Notes under the pieces: model-generated
Database searches by the model: none
Told to the model about the DNA's origin: nothing
The model's input: only the letters and a program-made list of their open reading frames with translations
DNA from: Candidatus Melainabacteria bacterium 17Bon1m
GTDB taxonomy: Bacteria > Cyanobacteriota > Vampirovibrionia > Obscuribacterales > Obscuribacteraceae
Length of the DNA stretch: 17,804 bases
Direction of reading: 5' to 3'
NCBI GenBank assembly: GCA_032128875.1
Contig: JAVLKG010000026.1
Span: 1-17,804, forward strand
Shown here: piece by piece, positions 1 through 12,200 of the stretch
How the letters are laid out: the number at the start of each line of letters is the position of its first letter
Numbering within the stretch: the stretch's first letter is position 1
Made by a program: the position numbers and the translations under genes

Positions 1-215
1 TGGACGATTCCGTTCGGTGTTTCCACTGTCGTAGCCTTGAATGGAACGAAGAGTACGTTGCCTTTCTTGATTACGACGCGCTCGCCGTGTTGAACCGTTT
101 GGACACCTTGCATTCCAGCGTTCATGCCGATTTCTGCATCGGTGCAGATTGCGGCTTGAGTTTCGCCGGTCGTGCTGCAGAATCCAACTACATATGAATT
201 GTCTTCTTCAGCGGT
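1..215 (-). other. Start of a distinct C-terminal domain (C-x10-C, then a possibly FecR-like beta segment), truncated by the window edge
   Basis: AEEDNSYVVGFCSTTGETQAAICTDAEIGMNAGMQGVQTVQHGERVVIKKGNVLFVPFKATTVETPNGIV has normal globular composition. 'VxxxxGxxxF...VETPxGxV' resembles the FecR-domain pattern by eye only. Confidence 0.5.
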
Positions 216-3200
216 GTCCACCGATGTGGTGCGTACAACGCTAGCCAATCCGCTTACTCCGGTGTTTATCGCACCAGTATTGACCAGTCCGTTGGAGACA
301 GGCAATCCGGCTTGAGCAGCCAAGGTTGCGGTGTTGGTTGCAGTCATCAACGTTGCGTTGTTGGCTGCTTGCATTTGCGGTGCAGCATTCAAGCTGAGCA
401 CTGACAGGTCAGACGTCATTGTCGATTGCTCTGAGGCAAATCCGAAGATTTGAGACAGGCTAGTCGACTTGTTGTCTGCCGGTACAGCCGCAGCTACGCT
501 CGGCGCAGCGCTAGGTGCACTGGCTTGCGTCGGAGGATCAGCAAATACGAGCGAACCGCTTCCGAGTGTGATTGCGCCAGCAGTTGCAGATTGGAACAGA
601 ACGTTTTGGTTCTTCGAGCGCACTGTCGCCAGGGCATTCGCTGCTACAGGTGCATTAGGTCCGAACCATACGAAGTTCTTCGTATTGTCGATGATCACCT
701 GAATGTTGTTAGCGGTTCCTGCAGCTTGTGCATTGGTTCCGGTCTTCGGTACGGTCGGGCCAACTACGATGCTGACCGACTTACCTTTGGTTCCGAGTGT
801 TTGAACGGTGGCGTTATCACCGATTGCGATGGTGCCTGCATTACTTGTATTTTGCAGAATGAGTGCACCATTGTTTGCAGTGATTGTTGAACCGTTGGAC
901 ACATTGAGCGCACCACCATTCTCAACGATAGTGATGTTGCCCTTTGTGGTCGTGATGTCATTCAGCGTTGTCGAACCATTGGTCGTCAACGAGAAGTTGC
1001 CACCAGCGCTGGAATCCAGCACCAACGTTCCACCGGCATTTTGGTTAACGATGCTAACCACACCTGTCCCTGAAGTGTTGGCTTGCAAGGTCGAGGTGTT
1101 GACCAGCAATCCACCCTTGCCACCAATCGAACCACCAGCCGCCGTGAAGGTCAGGAGAGCCGATGCATTGATGATGGTTCCGGTGCCCACCGTGAACGAG
1201 CCTTTGGCACCTGCCATGGTGAAGTTCATTTCCGGCGAGGTTAATGCAGCTGTGTTTTGGATGAGGATTCCACCGTTCTGGTTGGTGATGTTGATTTCAC
1301 CGTTGTTGCCTGAAGCATTGATAGTGCCGACGACTCCGTTTTTCGGTTTCGACTTGTTGACACTGAATGCTTGCGCGCTTCTCGATGAGAGGTTAACGGT
1401 TCCAGCGTTTCCACCATTGGCGCTCGAATCGATGCTTCCATTGATGATCAAGTTGCCATTAGCGGCTTGACCAGCCTTGAATGCATAGCTTGCGCCATCT
1501 GCTCCTCCGCTTCCGCGTGCAGCGGTCGCCTGAGTCATATCGTTGATGGTCAAGTTGCCGCCAACTTCAATAACGAGGTTTCCGCCGTCACCAGTTCCAC
1601 CTGCTCCTGCCGATGCATCAGCAGTGATGAAGAGGCCTGCTCCCTTCGGTGCCTTAGCCGGTACCCCGACGAAAGCTTGAGTGGTGCTATCGGTCTTGAA
1701 GATGATTTCTCCGCCGCTGCCGTTGCCGACACCTTTAGCAGTGAGTTCAAGAGGATTAGCAGAAGTACCGACTCCGGTGAAGGTGACGTTCGATCCAGTG
1801 AGGATCAGTCCACCGCCATCTCCGTTCAGACCAGTTCCGTTGGCTTGCGAGAAGAATCCAACATTGGATCCGAGTACAAGAGTTCCGGTTCCGTCGTCAC
1901 CAGCATTCAACTCAATTACCGCACCCTTACCGTCCAAGCCGACGAGGTTGAAGACATTGTTGATGCTGACGTTGACATTGCCGTCAGTCGTAACGTGTGC
2001 TTCACCACCGTTGAGAGCTCCGGTGCCGATGAAGGAATCGGTTGTGAGGGTGACATCACCCAGGGTGTTGAACGTTGAGCTTCCTCCGTTGCCGGTTCCA
2101 CCGGATGCTTGGAACTCATAGGTTCCAGAAATTCCGAGGGTTACAGCAGCAGCGTTGTTGAGCGTGAAGTTGATGTTGCCACCGTTATTGGTGCCGTTGG
2201 CCACAAAGGTCAAACGATCGCCTACTGCAGCCGTGTCAACCACGCTAGCAGTGACGTTGATTGAGCCTGCATCTCCGGCACCGTCCACATTCGAGGTCAA
2301 GTTACTGACTGTCGAAAGTGTCAATGTACCGGTCTCAAGCGTTATGTCGTGAGCAGAGACTGCAGCCGCCGCGGTGATCGAGCCACCACTACCGGTCTGG
2401 GCACTGAAGCTTCCATTTCCGGCATTGACATTGCCGACACTAATTGCACCGTCGGTCAATCCGGTAGATGTGATTGTGTTGGCACCTGCAGTTATTGAAC
2501 CAGCCAGAATTGTGAACGAAGCTCCCACGGTCGGATTTCCGGAGATCAAGTTCACATTACCGCCAGTCGATCCACTTACGTTGATCGTTCCGGTTGTGAT
2601 TCCGTCGCTAGCAATCACTGTCATGTTTCCGCCAGTGGTTGTACCGGTCGCCGTCACACTCGAGAGCGTGACCGAGCCCAGGTTAGCCAGAGCAATCAAG
2701 TTGCCGGCGGCTCCGCTTGTGCCATTCAAGTTGATAGCACCTGCAGTGATGTCTCCACCTGTACCGTTGGCAACAAAGTTGGTCAACGTTGTGGTGATGT
2801 CATTCTGAACGTCGGTTCCTGGCGGATTGAAGTCGAAACCTGCCATCAAAGTGAGATTGCCACCATTGACGTCGCTCAAGTTGAAGGTTGCTCCGCTCAA
2901 GTCGACATCTCCAGAAGAGACGAAGGCTAGGTCGGCACCTGCCAGGTTGAAGGTTCCTGAAACGGTCAGATTGCCTGTGTTGTTGGCGTATGTCGCTGAG
3001 TTAACTACATTCCAGGTTCCGCCAAGGGTGGTCAAAGTTCCGTTATTGACCAGGTTTGACGTGAGGATGTACGAGTTAACCAGAGCAATCGAGTTCGAGC
3101 CGACATTCGTAATCACTGACTGACCCGTTCCGCTGGCAATCAAGCTAGCTTCCGTCGTGTAAGTCATGATGCCGTCGAGAACAAGATCATTTGCTGTAGC

Positions 3201-6200
3201 AATGATGCTTATCTTGCCGTTAGTCGCCGTGAACGTACCTGTATTAGGTAGCGGTCCTGGTGCTCCGGTCAAAGTCAAGCCACTTCCTACATTGCTCTGA
3301 ACAATGATGTCTCCGTTGTTGGATGTAATCGTGTTTGCATTGGTCATCGCGTTTGTAGTGATGGTGATGTCATTTTCAAACGTGCTGTCGGCTCCTGTGA
3401 CTACCGAACCTGTGGAGTTAGAAGTCGTCAGTTGAAGTGAACCGCCGGTAGACCCGCCCAGAGTCAAAGCGTTAGAGCCTTGATAGTCAACGAATGCATT
3501 GCCGGTTGAGGACAAAGTGACCGTCAAGTTCATCGGATTAGAACCATTGGTGACTCTGAATTGGTTGCCGGCTCCGGTTGCTCCAAGGTCGCCTGCCGTG
3601 ACATTCACCACAACATCAGTTGCAGTAATTGCATTAGCGGCTACGGTCGTAACCGTGTTAGCGGACAACAGGTCGAATGTGTTTGCAATCGTTCCGCTGT
3701 TGAAGGCTACACCTGTCGCGCTCGTATTGTTTATGAATGCCGACTCCGTGGCGTCAACAGTCATTACAGTCGCATCTGTGGTGAAACGTCCGCCCGGATT
3801 GACTCCGATTGTTCCGGTTGCATCCAAAGTGAGCGAAGTAGAGCCCGTATTGAATTGTCCGGTGATATCGCCGGCAGTAGAGGTCAGGGATGCTCCATTG
3901 GTCGAAGTTCCTGCTCCGCTGCTCAAGTCAATGCTGTCTGCCGATACGGTGAATCCATTCACAGTGAAGGCAGAAGAGCTATCGAATGCACCCGTGACAG
4001 TCAAGTTCATCGACTGGTTGGCACCAGTGACGGTACCGAGAGTCAGAGCTTGGCTATTTGAGAGGGTCACAGCTGATGTACCGGTGCTGGTGCTATCGAG
4101 CGTGTTGACGGTCGAACTTACGGTAGCGACGCCATTGACCATGTTGAGACTCAACGAATCGGCTACAACGCCGTTGCTGAGATCAACCTGGTTGCCGGCG
4201 ATATTGCCGCCATATACAGTCACCGCGGCATCACCAGTACTGATGTTGCCGGCAATCAGATCACCAGTGGTGATCGAACCGACAGTCACCGAGCCGGTGA
4301 TTACCGTTCCATTCTGAACTTGGAATCCAGTTCCTGTCGGGATATTGGCGTTAGCTACTGCCAACGTCACATCGCCGCCAGCAGTTGCGCCGGTCGAAGT
4401 GATGTTACCGACATTGACTCCTTGCGAACCAATAAGCAGAACGCTACCGCCTGCAGCTCCCGAACTTGATGTATCGATGGAGCCGATGCTGATCGTTCCG
4501 TTGTTGGCTACAGCTACAACGTTTCCGCCATTACCGGAGGTGCCGGTGGCAAGAATGTTGACCGAGCCAGTGATGTCACCGCTACCAGTGTTTGCAAAGT
4601 TTTGATAGATGGTTCCGGTGTTGTTGAAGACCTGTCCGCCCGTAGGAGGAGTGAAGTCGTAACCGGCAATCATCGTCAAGTTTCCACCAGTGGTGCCTGA
4701 CAGATCGATGGTCGCACCCGGGGTGATGAAGTTGATATCACCAGCAGCGATGAACGCCAGGTTGGAACCTGAGAAGGTCAAGCTACCAAAGATATTGATG
4801 TCTCCACTCGGATCCGAGTTTGCGTAAGTACCAGAGTTAACGAAGTTCCAAGGACCCGGATCGTTCGTGTATGTGCCTACACCCGAGAGGTTGGCGGTGA
4901 ACACGAAAGATGGTGCCTTAGCGATTTGGTTACCGTTGTTGACCACAAACTGACCAGCACCATTGCCAAACAAGTTTGCCGAAGTCAGGTACGTGGTTGT
5001 TCCGTTGAGCACCAGGTTGTTGACCGTTGCTCTTACATTGATCGCGCCACCGGCAGAATAGCTGCCGCCAACAGGATCAACACCGCCGTTCAGGGTCAGC
5101 CCGCTGCCAGAGAAGCTCTGGATATCGATATCGCCAGTTGTCGAAGTCAATACATTGGCTGCGTTGGTCATGTTGTTGGTGGTGATGTCGATATCGCCGT
5201 TGAAGGTCGAATCTCCACCGATTGCAAACGAAGCGCCAGCGCCTAGTCCTGTTCCGGTCGTCGTCACGGTGAGTTCGTCACCGTTCGAGGCGAGCATGGT
5301 CAAGGTATTGGTGCCGGTGTAGTTAATTGTTGAATCGAAAGTACCAGCATTGATCGTCACGCTCTGAGCAGCCGCACCGTTGCTCAGATTGGCAACGATA
5401 TTTCCGCCCGAAGCATTCAAGGTCACGCTGGCACCACCAATGGTGTTGGTGTTGTCTTGGATTCCTCCGTCAGCTGTCAATGTCACGGAAGTGGTTCCGG
5501 TAATTGAAGCATTCAGGATGATGTCGCCGTTTGCAGGCAACGTTCCGGTATTAGCTGTCAGGTTGAGTACATTGGCTGTCGACAGACCGCTAACGGTGAT
5601 GTCGCCACCAATAGTCGCGTCAGTTGACACGTCCAGAGTGTTGGTTACCGTCGCTGACTGCAATTCGAAATTGCCGACATTGACTATCGTTGCGCCGGTT
5701 GCGCCGGTTGCGATAACCGATGCACCATTTGCTTTCGTCGTCACATTGATATTGGCTGCATTGAACGAAATCGAGTCAGCCTCAATAAACGCCGCTCCAG
5801 TTGTAGTTATGTCGCCGAAAGCATTGAAAGTGATGCCAGTTGTGGACTTGAGAACGCCCGATACTGTGACGTCACCATCTGCACCTGTTCCCGAGAAGGT
5901 GAAAAGGTTCATCGCTCCCGCCGTCACGCTGCCGGTGGAGGAGATTGTCAGGTCTCCACCGTTGGTGCCGCCGAGAGAGGTGTTGAACTGACCGGCATTA
6001 ACCGTTCCTGTCACGTCAATCGAACCGCCCGTAGAACCACCGCCGAAGCTGAAGTTTCCATCAACAACGTTGGTTCCGACGAGATTGATATCGCCGTTAA
6101 TGCGGATGAACGAATCTACTGCAGCATTGACTGTCAGGTTCGTGATACCGCCAACCAAAATCTCGCCGCCGGAGAAGTCCGTTCCGACGCTGCCATTGGT

Positions 6201-9200
6201 CGATGTAAGGCTCAGCGATTCAGCACTTACGTTGGCGACATTCGCCGCAGTAATGTTGTTGAAGGCGCTAAGCGATACCGAGTTGCCTACAGCACCGGTG
6301 CTATCGATGGTTCCGTTCAGAACCAGCGAATCGTTGGTCGAGGTCACCGTGATGGTGTGTCCTGTAATGTCTGCGCCCACGTTAGTCGTGACGCTTCCAT
6401 TCGGGGACGTACCGCTAGCAGTGATTGTCAAAACTGAACCAACACCAGTTCCGGTCACATCTTCATTGATGACGACGGCTCCGGTATTGGAGGTGAGAGT
6501 GATGGTGTTACCGCTGATTACGGCACCGACGTTGCTCTGAACCGTGCCGTCGCTCGTTACGGTGACGGAGTTGCCCAGTCCAGCCGAGGTCACAGCAGCG
6601 TTCAATGTAACGCTGTTGTTGCCCTGGATGCTGATGACATTGCCATCAACGGTTCCGTTTGCGGTGGTCGTGACATCAACTGCAGCGAAGACCGTCACAT
6701 TTGTAAGCGCTGAGATTGCAGCGTCTACATTGATTGAGCCTGCGCTCGATTGCAGATTGACTGCACCGTCAGCTTCAACACCACTAGCATTTACTTGAAT
6801 GTTGCCGGTGTTGGAAACAACGTAGTTTCCGTTGTTGGCATTATTCGTTGCGGTGAGTACGCCGAGGAATGTGTTGTCCTGAAGGGTCAGGTTGGAAACA
6901 TCAGCGGCGACATTTACTTCACCATCAGCGTCGAAAGAAGCGTTAGCCAAATTCGCCGTGTTGGTCGCGTTGAGAACGAGTGCATTGCCGGTGGTTCCGA
7001 CACTGCCGGAGACGGAGGCAAGGGTGAGTGACGGTGCATCGAGCATGGTGAAGTCACCGTTTTCGATATTGCCGTCAGCAACCAATCCGATTTGGCTTGT
7101 TGCCGTGACAGCAGCGCCCAGCGTGAGCTTACCGCCCGTACCGAGAGCAGCCAATCCGACAACGTCGCCGGAGATGGTGCCAGTCGAGGTCAAGTTGCCT
7201 TCAGCTACTGCAACGAAGGTGTTGCCCGCCGAGCCGAAGTTGATATTCATCGACTTCGTAGCGTTATAGATGAATGCGTCAGTAGCCGCTGTGACATCAA
7301 TATTGTCAACATCGGTATTGAGAGGCGTTGCCAGACCGGTTCCTACAGCGCCGGCAGAGGAGTTAGCCACCATCAATGGAGCCTGGATAAGTCCAGAGGC
7401 ATTGGTAGTGATGTCGTCTACAGCGCTCAGGTTGACTTGAACGGAAGCCGTTACAAGCGAGTTGATTGCGAGGAATGTGTTCGAAGTCAGGTTGACTACA
7501 GCCGGGTCGATTCCACCGGTCACAGTCAAACTACCAACGGTGTTGATTACATCGAACGTGCCGCTGGCTGACGATTTGCCGCCGCCGATGGTCAGTGAAG
7601 CTCCGTCGTATGTGACGTACACATCAACGCCTGCGTTAGCAGTCATGCTGAGGTTGTCGTTGACATTTACGGTTGCATTGAGGTCGAGAGCATCTCCGCT
7701 TGCACCTACGCTGCCGAGGACGGAAGTGAGGTTGAGTTGCGGTGAGGTGAAGGTTCCTCCAGCAATGTTGGCATTCAACAAATCATTCGCAGAATTGAGA
7801 TTGATTGCAGTGCTGCCAGTGATGTTGCCGGAGATCATCAAGCTGTCGCCAATCGACTGAATAGTTGTAGTCGTGCCGGAGACGTTTCCAGTCACAGTGA
7901 CAAGTCCCAAGCCGATTACGTCAGCTGTCGTATTTGCGGTCGCGGTGCCATCGAGGGTGATCGCTCCGTTATCCGAACTGATGGATACGCTGCCAGCTGA
8001 CGAAGTCACGGTTGAACCGACAGCGGTAGTGACACCTGCATCACCCGAGATAACTGCGCTGTTGTCTCCACTGAGTGAACCGTTGTGTGTGACGGTTCCT
8101 ACGTTCGAGAACAACTGAGCAGTGGTGGCAGCTTGGATGCTGGATCCCACACCTGTCGTGACGTTGCCAGTATTTGCTTGAACAAATACACCGGCGGTAT
8201 TGCTGGTTGCAGAACCGTTGTGTGTAACGCCTGCACCATTCAAGTTGATGTCGGTAACGCTGGTGATTGTGGAGCCAGCGCCGGTGGTGACATTACCCGA
8301 AGCGAAGATGTTGGTCTGTGCACCGGAGTTGGTTGAAGCACCAGCCGAGATGGTGATGTTTCCTCCATTCGAGGTGTTCAAGCCGAGCGAACCGCTGCCG
8401 CTGTCGACTGTGTTGTCGACAAAGAGGCTGCCATTGCTGTTGACCGTGTATCCATTTGATTGGTTGGTTGCTACAGAGAGATTCGGTCCGAGAGGAGCGA
8501 GCGATGCGAAGGTCACGTCAACCAAGTGAAGGTCGGTGCCCTTGGTGCTGGTCACATTGACAGAACCTTGGTCAGCATCAAACGCTGCATTCTGAAGCGA
8601 AGGAACGTTGGTGTTGTCGAGGTTCAGGTTGATGTTGCCATTGAGCGAAACGAATGCAATCGTTGCAGCATTGATTCCGGCAGTACCGAGATCGGCGGTG
8701 TTCAAGCTCGCACCGGACAAGAGTCCGATTTGCGAAACAGCCGTGACCGCTGCGTTGATGTCGAGAGCACCATTGAGTGCTGCGAGAACAACTTCATCAC
8801 CACCGACGATAGCGCCAGAGGTGCTGAGGTTGTTGGTTGCGGCTACAACAACGTCGCCACCAGCGGTGATGCCGGTAACGTTCATGCTGTCTTGATCGAG
8901 AACGGTTACGTTGCCGTTGATAGCGGTACCACTGAAGTTGCCGACATTGGTCACGAGCGGATTGAGTACGCCATTTCCAATGTTGCCATTAACTGCGGTG
9001 ATGTTTGCGGTGTTGGCTTGGACGTAGTTGCCTGCGCCAAGTGCAGTGGTGACGCTACCGGCAACCGTGAGGTTGAAGGTTTGACCAGCACCGTTTTGAC
9101 CATTCAAGGTCACCAAACCTGCGTTGATGTTATTTACCCAAGCGCTTCCTAATCCGCCGGTGTTGACCGTCATAGAAGGAGCGTTGGTTGTGAGCGGGTT

Positions 9201-12200
9201 AGCCAAGCTGCCGATGTTTCCACCACCCGACGTTGCGATGAGGTTAGAAGTATCGAGAAGCGTGCCACTAGCTTGAGTGATGTTGCCGATGCCACCAGCG
9301 GTCAAGGTCAAGGTGTTGTCAGCGATGATGCCGGCATTTACGTTGATCGAACCGTTGTTGGTGGTGATGAGGGTTACGTTGTTGCTGAAATCAAGAACGC
9401 CTACGACGTTGATGGTTCCATTGTTTTGATAGAAGAAGTCAGTACCGGTTGCGGGTCCGAGGTTAACGGTGCCGGTATTGATGTTGTTCAAGTAAATGCC
9501 ACCAGTTGTGGTTGCAGTTACGTTGGTTGCATTGATGAAGATCGGGTTGCTCAGCGAACCGATGTCACCAGATCCAGAGGTCAATACGACAGTTGGGGTG
9601 TTGAGCAATGAGCTCAGTCCAGGAACTTGCGAGATGGTTCCGGTTCCATCGGCATTGATCGTGATGCTGGTGGTTCCTGTAATGCTGGAAGAACCAGATG
9701 TGTTGTTCAAGATAACGCCAGCATTGGTTCCGCCATTAGCAGTCAAGTTGACGATATTGCCGAAGATTCCACCGCCACCAACGGTCAGGTTGGAGCTGAA
9801 GTGGACGTTGAAGTTGCTACCACTTGAAGTTCCCAACGCGATGCCACCAACACGGGTGTTGTTGACGTAGACATTACCGCTGGTGTTAGCGGTCATGTTT
9901 GCTGCGTTGATCGTTACGTACTTAGCGAATGTACCGATGCTGCCGAAGGTCGAGGTCAAGTTCACGCCGTTGGCGGTGATGACACCAGCCGGGTTGGTGA
10001 TATTGCCTGTTCCGTCAGCGGTCAAGTTGACCACACCAGTTGCCAGACCACCATTAACGTTCGCGTTAACGACGATGCCACCATTGGTGCCAGGACCAGC
10101 AATCAAGTTGACGTTGTTGCCAGCGCTGATCGCATTGCTTACAACAATGTTGCTGTTGGAGCCGGTTGTGCCGACATTCACGTTACCAGTAGCGGTAATT
10201 CCTGTAAGGAGTACCGGTCCTGCAAAGCTGCTGGTTACGTTGAAGTCGCCACCGAAAGAGTTACCGAAAATGTTGCTAGCGGAAGTTGCAATCGTTCCGG
10301 TGGTTCCACCGCTGGCTCCCATGTTCAACGTAGAAGTGTTGATGCTTGTTCCGGCTTGCTGTGAGATGTTGCCCGTACCGTTGGCTACGAGTTGAACTCC
10401 ACCGCCTACGGCGTTGACGTTCTGTCCAAGGAACAAATTGCCGCCCGAAACGAGAAGCACATTGGCACCGTTAGCTTGACCAACAGTCACGCTTGTATTG
10501 GTGCTTTGGATGCTCAGATTTCCTGCGGTGTTACCAGCTACTTGTCCAGCATTCGTGTTGACGAAGATGGTTCCGGAGTCGGAGTTTGTCGTGAGATTGG
10601 GAGTGCTGATCGAAGTTCCAACTGAGCTTGTGATTGCACCGCCATTGGTGGTAGCCAAAGTTACCGATGTTCCACCATTCAAGTTGTTGACGGTGAGGTT
10701 GCCACCGGCAGTCAAATTGAATTGACCGGAAGCCGACGAGGTTCCTCCAAGAGTTACGTTGTCGGTTTCAGCGATGAATACGTTGCCTGCGGTTGCGATT
10801 GCGGTCAGGTTGTCTGCAGCAGTCAATACACGCGAGCCTGATGTACCGATAGAACCACCAGTCAATGTGACTGAAGGAGCGGTCAGTACGCTGGTGGCGC
10901 CGGTGCGGGTAATTGCGCCGGTGCCGAGTGTCGCCAGGTTGATCGAGGTAGAACCAGTTACGGGTCCGCCGATGATCATGCCGACGTTGTTGGTCGAATT
11001 GTTGACTCCGACGTTGTTGCCGGAGACAGCTCCGAGAGTCCAAGCAGCTGTGTTCTGGTTGGTGACGAAGAAGTTAGCTGTTGTGCTGCCGTTGATGGTG
11101 TTGGCATTGGCGAGAATTCTTTGTCCGGTCAGACCGATGTCACCAGTCGCTGCATTGAGGGTCAATGCATTGGTCAGGATTACATCGTTAGCACCAGGTC
11201 TGGTAATGGTTCCAGCGCCGGTCGAGGTCAAGGTTACGGAGTTGGCTCTTACGCCACCACCGATACCTTCGATGTCATCGTTGATAACGATGCCCACACC
11301 TTGAATCGCAACGGTGCCAGCATTCATTTGAGCATTCAAGTTGAATGCTCCGCCAGTTGCAGTGAGGTTAGCAGTGCTTGCATTGACGACTGCGTTGAGC
11401 GTTTGAGCTCCAGCCGAGGTCATTGCGAGATTGGTTGCGCCTACAACGCCATTAACGGTGAGTGCTCCACCTGTTGTGAGGTTGAAGGTGTTGCCGGTCG
11501 AAGCGTTCAAGCCGAGAGCATTGGCTTCGTTGATGTAAACGTTGCCAGTGGTGTTTGCCGAGAGGTTGGCAACGCTGGTGAAGATTGGATCTCCAACTCC
11601 GCCGATGTCGCCACTTCCCGAAGTGAGGTTGAGAGTGTTGCCGCCAGCAGTACCAGTGATAACACCAGCGGTGCGGGTGATGTTGCCCACTCCGTTAGCG
11701 GTCACGTTAGCTGTGGCGCCGCCGAAGGTTACGTTGTTGCTGAAGTTGATGTTGCCGTTTGTGGTGGCAGCGGTCGAGAGGTTCAGCGTGTTGCCTGCGT
11801 TTACGGTTCCGAAGTTGAGCGTTGTGCCAGCACCGGTTCCAGAAACGGTGATGTCGTTGCCGACCAGGTTGGTCAGGTTAACGAAACCAGCCTTTCTCGA
11901 TGTGATGTTGATATCTGCAGCACCCGTGCCAGTGGCAGTTGTAGCTGAGATGTTGTTAGCGTTTGCGAAAACGGTCAAAGCACCAGAGGTGCCGGTCATT
12001 GCCACTGTGTCGGCCGTGACGAGACCACCAGCGTTACCAACAACGTTGCCCGAGGTCACACTCAAAGTCACCAAGTTGCCGGCAGTGGTTGCGCCGTTCA
12101 AGTTGATAGCAGCATTAGTGTTGGACATTGATACGTTGTTGCCAGCATTGATCGTGCCGTCCAATGTGATGGTTGAACCGCCTTGGTTGGAAACGGTTAC

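Noticed and set aside
1-600. Possible CdiA/polymorphic toxin tip or intein-like (HINT) module
   Set aside because: No VENN, ELYN or DUF637-like pre-toxin segment, HINT motif or nuclease signature was recognised. The true C-terminus and downstream gene are outside the window, so this is unsupported rather than excluded.
1134-1145. TAAG tetrapeptide (also at 14357-14346) matching the LapG cleavage motif of LapA/CdrA
   Set aside because: Both lie within regular beta-repeat units rather than the linker next to the Cys pair, and a T/A/G 4-mer is expected by chance in this composition.
1285-2285. Gly/Asp-rich motifs (GGTGDGG, GLNGDGG, AGDDGTG) as possible RTX Ca2+-binding nonapeptides / T1SS substrate
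   Set aside because: They do not match tandem GGxGxDxLx nonamers. The spacing is ~25-35 aa and fits GGxI haemagglutinin-type rungs.
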